Shown here one piece after another: positions 42,814 to 51,155 of a stretch of 64,000 nucleotides of DNA. Position numbers and translations under genes: made by a program. The stretch comes from an uncultured bacterium (GTDB taxonomy: Bacteria; Patescibacteriota; Saccharimonadia; Saccharimonadales; 2-12-FULL-41-12), in the NCBI GenBank assembly GCA_963834265.1, contig CAWIAU010000001.1, positions 71,572-135,571 of the forward strand, written 5' to 3'. Positions within the stretch are counted from its first letter, which is position 1; each line of letters begins with the position of its first letter. The notes under the pieces were generated by a model, which was not told the origin of the DNA, searched no databases, and worked only from the letters and a program-made list of their open reading frames with translations.

Positions 42814-42825
42814 AGATAAAGAGTA

Positions 42826-43071
42826 ATGGCCGACAAAATCAAGAAAATTCTGGCTAAATTGTCTCCAAAAGAACGAGAGACAGTAAAATTGCTCATTATG
42901 AGGGTGAAGCTTGATGATTTGGAGGGTCTTAATATCAGACAGCTTAAGGGGCATAGGGATCTGTTTCGCGTTCGAAAAGGACACTTAAGAATTGTATATC
43001 GCAAAACGCCCGCTGAATTCCTGATCGTCCGAGTTGATAGGCGAAACGAGAAAACGTACAAAGACCTCTAA
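42826..43071 (+). CDS. RelE/ParE-superfamily toxin
   Basis: 81 aa. LKGHRDLFRVRKGHLRIVYRKTPAEFLIVRVDRRNEKTY matches the RelE/ParE core (R..G..R.(I/V)Y......i.i..v..R...Y). Confidence 0.7.
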   Translation: MADKIKKILAKLSPKERETVKLLIMRVKLDDLEGLNIRQLKGHRDLFRVRKGHLRIVYRKTPAEFLIVRVDRRNEKTYKDL

Positions 43072-43140
43072 TATAACTTCTGCGCATTGGCGCCAGCCTA
43101 AAAAGAAGCTTTTTGCGGCCAGCATTAAGCCTTGGTGCTT

Positions 43141-43266
43141 AAAACACTAACTAATTTTCTGAAAAATCACCAATCCGTCATCACAACTACAGACGCCGAC
43201 GTAGTCATAAAACACTTCACCAAAAAATGCACCATAATCCCTCTTACGCGAAAATCATCCGACTAG
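43141..43266 (+). pseudogene. recF: Orphan recF 3'-end remnant (divergent duplicate of 42402-42515)
   Basis: In frame it reads KTLTNFLKNHQSVITTTDADVVIKHFTKKCTIIPLTRKSSD*, against the recF C-terminus KTLTNFLKNHQTVITTTDADVVIKHFTKKCTIIPLQR*. Identity is 98/111 nt. An in-frame TAA lies immediately upstream (43138-43140 region), so it is not translated as part of a gene. Confidence 0.85.
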
Positions 43267-44804
43267 TATAAAAAATTAATCGGTAAATTGGTTGCGTCGA
43301 CATCCTTTTCCAGCAGTAATTTGATGAGCTGGTCCCTGGATTTCTGCTTAGAGGCAGAACTTGCGCCATTTTTATCGCTGTCATACATCATACTTGCAGC
43401 TATGCCCTCGCCGGCTTCGGTAAATTTAACTGTATCGTGATCAATAGTCAGGTATATCGGTAATACCGAATCCAGCCTTGTTCCGATCTGAGACTTGTCT
43501 CCAAGCGCATAATGAAAGTTTTTATCGACCTCGTCGTCTTTTTCGTTATTCAGAACAAAATAAAGGCGGCCGTCAACACAGTTTATGCGCAAAATATTAT
43601 TGAATTCATTGTTGTATATTTGGAATGATGCAGTTTTTGATACTGAATATTTATATATAGCGTGCCCGCCGTCTGCAAGGTAGTAAAAGCTCTCATTATC
43701 ATTCGTGCATACTTGCTGAGCTGTATTTTTTACGCTGGGCAAGGGGCTTGTTTTGCCGTTTGATTCAAGAGTGTAAATTTTCTGTTCCTGGTCTCCGCTT
43801 AACAGGATAATTAAATTATCGCTTGTTCCGGCTGACAGACTATTTATGTGCCATTTGGGGCTTAGCTTAGTGTTTTTTGTCACTTTTTTTTGTTTTTTCT
43901 CGACAACAATTATTTTTGGCGCATGATCATCTCCGTTTTTGTTGTCTGCCTGATTATTTGCCGTCGCTTCGTCGCTGGTAGTGGAAAAAATGTATACAAA
44001 ATTACCAGTATCGAATACCTGAGCACTCTCTGGCTTCTCGTCTGAGAATAATTTTTTATCAATATTCAGCGCCTGATAACTCTCTGCTTTTGAATCGATT
44101 GTAAAATAAAGGACAGACTTCTGAGTGTCAAAAACTGCAAAACCTGCTTGCCGCGAAGCAGAGAAAGTGCGATCAGATACGTTGCCCGTAAACTCCTTGA
44201 TAGTCAAAGGGGCAGCATTTAGTGCTTTCTGGCTTCGTTTTTTTATCGTGAGACCGTTGCTGTCAACGCTGGCCGCCAAAAACTCTCCCCCAAAAGGCCT
44301 CAGAGCGAGAGAAGTGGTTTCCAGCGTTTTATAATAATTCTCATCTCCGGAATCGGCCGCCGCTGCAGTTGTGCCCGGACTTGGGTCAATGAGGCCGGGA
44401 GAGCTCGGTCCGCAGGAATAATAGACCGGAGTACCGGTTTGATCCTGTTTGGCGCAGCCAAGGCTGTGCTTTCCTAATAATATGCTATTTCTCGGCGGAA
44501 TTGTTTCGGCCAATAGTTTGTGTGACCATAATGGCCCCAGCTTTTTCCGGTATAGCGATTGGCTGTCTTTGCTAACTATCTCTACTTCATAGTCTCCGGA
44601 TCCAAGGAAAAATCTTTTCGACGAGTTCTTTAATTCGGTTTTTTCTTCAAACCCCTCTTTGCGTACGTATACGGTCCTTTCTTCATCGCCCGTACTTTCT
44701 ATCGTCAGCATGCTATGTGTCAGAAAAAAATGTAATAAAAATATGGAGGCAAGCAGCAGGATAGATAGTCGTACTCTTCGGTTCCTTAGTAGCCCGGGAT
44801 TCAT
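43263..44804 (-). CDS. Hypothetical membrane-anchored extracytoplasmic protein (last gene of the T4SS-like operon)
   Basis: 513 aa with an N-terminal TM (LSILLLASIFLLHFFL) and a beta-rich remainder. No family recognised. Separated by 10 nt from the upstream hydrolase gene. Confidence 0.5.
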   Translation of the reverse strand: MNPGLLRNRRVRLSILLLASIFLLHFFLTHSMLTIESTGDEERTVYVRKEGFEEKTELKNSSKRFFLGSGDYEVEIVSKDSQSLYRKKLGPLWSHKLLAETIPPRNSILLGKHSLGCAKQDQTGTPVYYSCGPSSPGLIDPSPGTTAAAADSGDENYYKTLETTSLALRPFGGEFLAASVDSNGLTIKKRSQKALNAAPLTIKEFTGNVSDRTFSASRQAGFAVFDTQKSVLYFTIDSKAESYQALNIDKKLFSDEKPESAQVFDTGNFVYIFSTTSDEATANNQADNKNGDDHAPKIIVVEKKQKKVTKNTKLSPKWHINSLSAGTSDNLIILLSGDQEQKIYTLESNGKTSPLPSVKNTAQQVCTNDNESFYYLADGGHAIYKYSVSKTASFQIYNNEFNNILRINCVDGRLYFVLNNEKDDEVDKNFHYALGDKSQIGTRLDSVLPIYLTIDHDTVKFTEAGEGIAASMMYDSDKNGASSASKQKSRDQLIKLLLEKDVDATNLPINFLY

Positions 44805-44814
44805 ATTGCCTCCA

Positions 44815-47685
44815 TTACTTAAACCCTACATGAATATGGTGATTATGATCGTCTATTACTCCGCCGTAGGTGGTATCGCAATCGGTAGGCTGGAGATTAT
44901 TAACACATTTTTGTCCGCTGGGCGGATACTTCCAGATCAGCTCGTCGATTTTGAGAGCCTGCCGGTTCCTGTATAGATAGGAGTACAATTTATCACCATC
45001 AGCGGTATGTCGCGAGTCGCCATTACCATAATAGCCGATATCGATTGCTCTGCCGGAGTTGTGCAGGCTATCGCCGCCCGAACAGCCTCCATGATCGGTT
45101 GCCATGGCATTGATCGGCAGCTTGACGCCGCTATGCTCTGCCATTGATACCAGGCCCGCCAGAGCTGTTTCTGTCAGGCAGTTTTGCACATCATCTTTTT
45201 GATCGGCTGCCGGCCCGTAATTCCCGTAAACAATTTTGGGGTGGTTCAGGGCTTTTTGTATCAGCTCAGCTTTCGTCCCGGAACTAACCGAGTCAGATCC
45301 TCCGCTTCCGCCGGCACCACTACCGCAGCCACCGGCTGACGGATCGGCAGCAGGAGCGGCACTCCCCGTACCGGCAGTTCCGCCCCCAAATCTATTGAGC
45401 CACGTCGTCGCGTTCGGAAGTCGTATGTTCATTTCTCTGTCGAAACATGCTGCCTGACCGGCTCCGGGCAAGCAGGGAACCTCAAATTTTTCCAGCCAGA
45501 TCCTTGTTGCCTCTGCAATGTTAGTCGACGCCTTGATAGGATCGAGCACGGTGGATTTATAGCCGGAGCTTTCCAGCTCTTTTTTCATATATTCCAGCTG
45601 AATTCCAAGATCGCTTTTGTCTTTGCCTTTGCTGGCCGCATAAGCTTCCAGTGCGGCCCTTCGGGGCCCCACCCACTGGATAATCCCATAGGCGTCACTC
45701 TCCGGGCCTACGTATGCTGCTTCCGGATCAAATCCGGATTCCTGCTCAATATTTCCCATGATACCTGCGGCCTGCGTGTCGTTGAATCCCATTTCCGTAA
45801 TCAGGTAATTCCATATCTGTTCTTCGTTGCCGTTACCTGTCAGAACGGTCGAGCTGCTGCCTGCAGAACAGCAGGCGGCATTGATGGGCTCTGTGGATGT
45901 GGCTGTCTGCGAGGTACTGCTTTTAAGCTTACTGATTCTTTTGGTTGATTTCTCTATGTTGGCCTGAGAAATATTGCCGTCATTTACATCTTTTTCGACT
46001 CTGTCAATCGTAGCCTTGACCTGCTCATCCAGACTGCCGAAAGAGGAGTTTTTATTAAACAAGGGCATGTCGGCACCAGCCTGAATAGCCAGAGAGACAG
46101 CTTGAGGCGGACTGTATTTATCTACAATAGCTCTCATGTTGGCGATTTCATCGGTAAAAACAACCCCGTCAAAGCTAAATTCATCCCGGAGCAATGCGTA
46201 GGCACGCTCATTTATGCTGGTCTGCTCATGTGCTCGTCCTTCGGTCAGGCCGGGCACAACCAAGTGGCCCATCATAACGCCGCTTTCGCCTTTTTTCATC
46301 AGAGTTTTATAGGGAACAAGATCGCTGCTACGCAGGGAGCTGATATTAGGAGTTTTGACCACAGCGGTATGTGAATCGCCGTCGGCTCGTCCATGACCCG
46401 GAAAGTGCTTGAATACAGGCGTCAGGCCAGCCGATCGCATGCCTGCAGCGAAAGCACCTGCTTTCTCGGTTATTTTTGCTTCATCGCCGGAGAATGCCCT
46501 GTTGTTGCCGCTTATTACGGAGTTGCTGCCATTATCAATGTCTACTACAGGAGCATAATTTACAGTTACGCCCAGTTCAGCAAGTTTGTCTCCGTACTCT
46601 TTGGCTGATTTCTCCACTTGTTCAGTCGTCATTCCGCCTAAAGTCTTGGCGTTTGGGTATGCTCCTGTCTGGCCTTTGAGTCGCTGAACACTACCTCCCT
46701 CTTCGTCTGAAGCGATTAGTAGCGGCGTATCACCGGCAGCTGCCTTGATTTCGCTAATTGCAGATTTGCTATAGAGTGAAGTTGACTCATTGGTCAGCAT
46801 AACGCCGCCGACTTTATACTTCCGAACAACGTCAATCATCTCTTGTTTGTTGTTTGTGGCGCCTACGAACATCATCTGCCCGATTTTTTCTCTCAGGCCG
46901 GGATCCTCGGCCTCAGTGCTTGCGCGCGCACTGCTCCCGCCGCCTCCGGCTTGTGCTATTTGGGCCATTTTATCCATGATGGCTGTGGCTTCGCTCAGAT
47001 AGGCTGCATTGCCCTCCGCTCCTTCGCTAACATATGCTTCAACAAAGCCCTGCATGTCTCCGGCATCTATTGCTGACCCGTATTGGCTTCTTATGTAGGC
47101 CGCCATGTCGCCGCCGCCATTCGCATTTTGATTCTCAGCCGCAGTATGATCGACACTTGCTTTCATAGAAGTCCATTTGTACCAGTACGGAATAGCGCCG
47201 CCGCCATCAAAATGGGGCTGACTGGCAGTGGCGCTTCGGCCAAAGGCGTTATTGCCCTTTTGAACATTGTTATCACCTGGGTTGGCAAGGCTCGACTCGT
47301 TTTGGGCAATCGCAACCAATAAGAAAGGATTGATGTTAGAGTTTTGAGCTCCGTCAACAATCGTTCCACCGTGCCCGCTTAATTTACTCGAAGGATTGGT
47401 TTGTTGAATATATGTGTCTATTGCTGATGCCATAGCGACGGGAGGCAGGTTTGGAAAAATCGCACCGGTAGGGGTCCCTGAACCAGGGGCAACTGTGCTT
47501 ACCGGCGTTGCTGCGCCGCCGCAGGGGTCAAGGTCGTAGTAGTTAATTTCTCTGTCAAATATTTTCTTTTGTTCGGGAGATAAGGCCCGGACGACAGGAC
47601 CTCCACAGCTGACAACCATAAACGTGACAAGGATTAATAATGTAAGACAACGTACAAAAAAATTCTTTCTGTTCATTTGCCGCAC
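44815..47685 (-). CDS. Secreted multi-domain peptidoglycan hydrolase (lysozyme-like, GH3 NagZ-like, phage-tail-lysozyme-like, LAS/M15-type peptidase)
   Basis: N-terminal TM/signal. FLLVAIAQNESSLANPG (lysozyme-like E-S). GH3 motifs: KIGQMMFVG, SDEEGGSVQRL, KHFPGHGRADGDSH. GIMGNIEQESGFDPEA..YGIIQW (phage tail lysozyme-like). C-terminal HNSGRAID ... HHIHVGF (Hx6D ... HxH zinc site of LAS peptidases). Confidence 0.75.
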   Translation of the reverse strand: MRQMNRKNFFVRCLTLLILVTFMVVSCGGPVVRALSPEQKKIFDREINYYDLDPCGGAATPVSTVAPGSGTPTGAIFPNLPPVAMASAIDTYIQQTNPSSKLSGHGGTIVDGAQNSNINPFLLVAIAQNESSLANPGDNNVQKGNNAFGRSATASQPHFDGGGAIPYWYKWTSMKASVDHTAAENQNANGGGDMAAYIRSQYGSAIDAGDMQGFVEAYVSEGAEGNAAYLSEATAIMDKMAQIAQAGGGGSSARASTEAEDPGLREKIGQMMFVGATNNKQEMIDVVRKYKVGGVMLTNESTSLYSKSAISEIKAAAGDTPLLIASDEEGGSVQRLKGQTGAYPNAKTLGGMTTEQVEKSAKEYGDKLAELGVTVNYAPVVDIDNGSNSVISGNNRAFSGDEAKITEKAGAFAAGMRSAGLTPVFKHFPGHGRADGDSHTAVVKTPNISSLRSSDLVPYKTLMKKGESGVMMGHLVVPGLTEGRAHEQTSINERAYALLRDEFSFDGVVFTDEIANMRAIVDKYSPPQAVSLAIQAGADMPLFNKNSSFGSLDEQVKATIDRVEKDVNDGNISQANIEKSTKRISKLKSSTSQTATSTEPINAACCSAGSSSTVLTGNGNEEQIWNYLITEMGFNDTQAAGIMGNIEQESGFDPEAAYVGPESDAYGIIQWVGPRRAALEAYAASKGKDKSDLGIQLEYMKKELESSGYKSTVLDPIKASTNIAEATRIWLEKFEVPCLPGAGQAACFDREMNIRLPNATTWLNRFGGGTAGTGSAAPAADPSAGGCGSGAGGSGGSDSVSSGTKAELIQKALNHPKIVYGNYGPAADQKDDVQNCLTETALAGLVSMAEHSGVKLPINAMATDHGGCSGGDSLHNSGRAIDIGYYGNGDSRHTADGDKLYSYLYRNRQALKIDELIWKYPPSGQKCVNNLQPTDCDTTYGGVIDDHNHHIHVGFK

Positions 47686-50600
47686 CTATTTGCCATAGGA
47701 GCAAAGTCCCAGTGCCATGATTCTGCGCTGTACTGCTTGATACCGAAATCTTCCGAATTTTCTCTCATCCATTTGTATTGGGGTCCGTCATGGGTCATTC
47801 TGGCCGAGCAGACCTGCTGTCCGTTTGCTTCAAATCCGCCCATGTCCGCAAAATCTATCGCCCAGCCTGCCTGATGGGGCGATCCACCCGGCGTGGCGCA
47901 TTGAACACCTGTACCTGATCCCTGACAGGAGTCAGGCAAGCGGAATGAACTGCTTGATGACAGATTTACGCCATCGTCTTTTGCTTTTTTGGCAAGCGCC
48001 GACCAGCCGCCGGACACCCGGGCTTCAACCACAGCACCGCCGTGAGTTTTTGTGCCATTAGGGTCTTGTCCTTCGCCCGGAATGTCAGGAATTTCGCACA
48101 GACGCAGCTTCAACGGGCCAGACTCTTTTTTGAACTCACCGCTATATTGGCTGGTTACGACGCCAAGATCATTTGTGCCTGCTGCGCAGCTTAGGTTATC
48201 CGAGCTTTTGCCAAGATCTGTAATATCGACTGTTGCGCCGGCGCCCCCTGTGGTTGTGCTTGCGGCTGCAGAAGGGGCCGGATCGTAGCCCAGTTCTTTG
48301 CAGGTGGCTATGGTGTCCGGGTCATCAGGGTTGCCGTCATAACATGTAACTTCCTTCATCTTCCCTGTATAGAAGACAAAGAGAATGATTCGCTTCCAGT
48401 TTGGATCACTGAGATCATCACATTTGCCGTCCCTGTATTCCGGGCTCCGGGGATCTGTTTCGTCATCAGGCACAACATCCCATAGTCCGGAATCTTTGCT
48501 GATTATAACACCGAAACAATTTAAGGCTCGTTTCGGATATTTATCGCCGGTGCTACTCAGGATGCCTGCTGCTTTATCCGCGTTATCATAGGGGTCCTGG
48601 TAGGCGGGATCATCGAACAGGTCACCCGGGATTCCATAATCGGGCAGGGCACTCCAGTCATAATCCGGACCAGCAGCATGTGCCACAGGGCTGAATGCCG
48701 GAAAAAGGCCGGTGGCAAATGTATTTATATTAGCCAGACTGGTGGCAATGTTCGTAATGTTCTGACCGGGATCAGTGCTGCTGCTGTCAATAAAACTGGA
48801 GGCTACGGACCGGTGGTCATAGACGTCAAATATTCGCCCGGAGAAGCTTTTGGCCCGGAACTCCTGCTGGCTGGCAAGTTTTTGTTCTTTCTCCAGAACT
48901 GCGCTGGCTGCCGGAGTTCTCTCGATGCCACCCACACTGCGGGCAGCAGTACCGGCACCCGCTTTGCTGGCCCAGGCCAGAACATTGCCCCCACGCGGAC
49001 CTGCCAGCGGTGCCTCGAATGTCACCTTGTCTGCCGCTGCCTTCTCGGCGCGGTTCATGACCTGCCCGAGGACTACGGTAGTAGCGGCAGCACTGGAGCC
49101 GGCAATAAGCACTTTTGCGGTCCATCCAACCGGTGGTGCTGCCCAAATCAGACCGACACCTAATATGCCCTGAGCAATAAGTCCCGGCGTACTACAAACT
49201 GTATCTCCTACACTGTCTGCTATAGCGTCTACATCCGACTGACCTTTCAAGGAGAATATACCTTTTTCTTCATCCGACAGATCCTCTCCGCTGGGCTTGA
49301 CCTTGCCCGAGAGAGCTTGCAGCGCCCTGCCACCGAAGACATCTCTGCCGGTGTCATCTTCCAAAGCATAGCCCCAGTCGCCGGGATCGGCGGCGAGTAA
49401 TCTGCCGTCTGTAACGTTGGCCCCTTTGGCCATCTGATGTGTTGTCTCGACTGTGGCAAGTGCTACATCAGCGCGGTCGGCTTGCGTACTAAATCCCCGT
49501 ATCTCCCTGATTATACAGGCCGCCGCCGTAAAAGTAAGCGCTATGGATAATCCTGTCCGTTTGGAGTTGAGTGTTTCTTTGAGGCCTGCTTTGGCTGCGG
49601 CGCCCTTGATTCCGACTTTGCTTTGCTTGAATTTCGCGTATCTTTCTTCGCCCGCTGCCTTGGCGGCCGCCTTGGCTTTTTGCCTGTCACTTCGATTATT
49701 GGCTAATCTTTCTTGCTTAGTTTTAAAATATCTGGTCACCGGACTCAGCAAGCCGGGCTGGTTATAAAATATTTTGAATTCGCGTATACGCAGGGCATTG
49801 AGCAGCGTACCGTCAGCTGCCTCCCTGATCGACGTGGTATAGAACAAGTCAACGATTTTGGAACCATTGAATGTTGATGGATCCAGTTTAATTTTTAAAA
49901 ATTTCCCGTCTATATCAACATCCGTGGCGTCCAGAAACGGATAGTTCTTCAGAAATGATGCTTTCCGCTCCTCCATAGTGGCAATACCAATTGTATTCTT
50001 GTTTACGTCAGTGTCTACGGTTACGCCCCGGATACCGTTTGTCATCTTGTTAGTTTCGCCGAAGTCGAAGCCTGCTACAGTTAGCTTAGCTGTAGTCCTT
50101 TTGACCATCGCGCTGCCGAGTGCGCCGACGCGGGTTTCGCCGATATTGCCGGTTCGGGCAAATCGTATTAAGCCCCGCATTCCGATAGATGAGTCATTCT
50201 CATTGCCGAAGTGTGCTTTTTGCAGTATCTGCGACAGATGAATTATCTTAAGAGGCCCTACGCCTATAAAGGCTCCGAACATAAATACCGCTGCGATTAC
50301 TCCGACTATACCGCCAGCACCTGCTTTCTTCTTCTTGCTGCCAAAAAGCGCTGCGCCTGCCGAGGAAAGTGCCAGAGCCAGCTTGGCCGAAGGAGGTAAA
50401 AATTTATCAGCGACATTCAGGCCGTCACCGATCAAGCCCTTTTCTGCTTTGCCCACTATGCCTTTGGCTCCGCTGCCGGCAGCTTCCTCCCCGCTTTTAA
50501 GATCTCCGCTACCGCGCGGTTTTTTCGAATGCCGGCTCATATCACCGGGCCTGGTTGAACTGCCACCGTCAGTATAGGGGTTGGCGTCGGGTGTTCCGGC

Positions 50601-51125
50601 GGCAGTATTCGTGCCGTTATTGCTGTATTTGCCAGGATCAAATGTATTACCAGATAAATTCGGGTCAGCTTGGTCGTCATAGACAGGTTTGGCCTGCTGC
50701 ATAGGCCTGTCGTCGCTCAGATTCTGGTCTTTGGTGTAGCGATCCATTTCTTCGGGCCGTGTTGAGCTGCCGGCATAGGGGTTCCCGGTTGGCGTACCGG
50801 AAGCGGTATTGTTTGCACCATACCCGTCAGGCGACGGCTTATACTGTTGCAAGTTTCCGCCACTACTGCCGTGATCTGCTGAGCTGGCAGGTTTTCCTGA
50901 CATAGGCGAAGCACTACCCGGGCCCTGGCTTTTCCGGTGGCTACTCATGTCGCCGGTCTGGGTTGAGCTTCCGGTATAGGGATTGGGCGTAGGTGCGCCG
51001 GAGGCCGTATTATTCGAGCCGGCATTACTTGCAGATAGCTTATTTCGATTCAGGCTCCCCCTGCTCTTGTTAGGGTCTCCGGATCTTGCTTCCCCTCTTT
51101 TGCCTAAAGGTGTGAATTTCGCCAT
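47673..51125 (-). CDS. Giant membrane protein with repeat-rich disordered N-terminus, TM segments and a C-terminal VanY/M15B-like D,D-peptidase domain
   Basis: 1150 aa with three N-terminal repeats NNTASGxPTxNPYxGSSTxxxxMxxxxK. Hydrophobic segments include GGIVGVIAAVFMFGAFIGVG and GILGVGLIWAAPPVGW. C-terminal GGSPHQAGWAIDF ... ESWHWDF matches SxHxxGxAxD ... ExWH of VanY-type peptidases. Confidence 0.65.
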   Translation of the reverse strand: MAKFTPLGKRGEARSGDPNKSRGSLNRNKLSASNAGSNNTASGAPTPNPYTGSSTQTGDMSSHRKSQGPGSASPMSGKPASSADHGSSGGNLQQYKPSPDGYGANNTASGTPTGNPYAGSSTRPEEMDRYTKDQNLSDDRPMQQAKPVYDDQADPNLSGNTFDPGKYSNNGTNTAAGTPDANPYTDGGSSTRPGDMSRHSKKPRGSGDLKSGEEAAGSGAKGIVGKAEKGLIGDGLNVADKFLPPSAKLALALSSAGAALFGSKKKKAGAGGIVGVIAAVFMFGAFIGVGPLKIIHLSQILQKAHFGNENDSSIGMRGLIRFARTGNIGETRVGALGSAMVKRTTAKLTVAGFDFGETNKMTNGIRGVTVDTDVNKNTIGIATMEERKASFLKNYPFLDATDVDIDGKFLKIKLDPSTFNGSKIVDLFYTTSIREAADGTLLNALRIREFKIFYNQPGLLSPVTRYFKTKQERLANNRSDRQKAKAAAKAAGEERYAKFKQSKVGIKGAAAKAGLKETLNSKRTGLSIALTFTAAACIIREIRGFSTQADRADVALATVETTHQMAKGANVTDGRLLAADPGDWGYALEDDTGRDVFGGRALQALSGKVKPSGEDLSDEEKGIFSLKGQSDVDAIADSVGDTVCSTPGLIAQGILGVGLIWAAPPVGWTAKVLIAGSSAAATTVVLGQVMNRAEKAAADKVTFEAPLAGPRGGNVLAWASKAGAGTAARSVGGIERTPAASAVLEKEQKLASQQEFRAKSFSGRIFDVYDHRSVASSFIDSSSTDPGQNITNIATSLANINTFATGLFPAFSPVAHAAGPDYDWSALPDYGIPGDLFDDPAYQDPYDNADKAAGILSSTGDKYPKRALNCFGVIISKDSGLWDVVPDDETDPRSPEYRDGKCDDLSDPNWKRIILFVFYTGKMKEVTCYDGNPDDPDTIATCKELGYDPAPSAAASTTTGGAGATVDITDLGKSSDNLSCAAGTNDLGVVTSQYSGEFKKESGPLKLRLCEIPDIPGEGQDPNGTKTHGGAVVEARVSGGWSALAKKAKDDGVNLSSSSSFRLPDSCQGSGTGVQCATPGGSPHQAGWAIDFADMGGFEANGQQVCSARMTHDGPQYKWMRENSEDFGIKQYSAESWHWDFAPMANRCGK

Positions 51126-51155
51126 AATCTATACTTTCAAGTGACCCCGGGCTGG

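Noticed and set aside
42402-43266. The recF 3' duplication as attL/attR of an integrative element carrying the T4SS locus
   Set aside because: The two copies bracket only the ~0.63-kb Phd/RelE cassette, not the T4SS genes. No integrase is present. The divergence pattern fits allelic recombination rather than site-specific integration.
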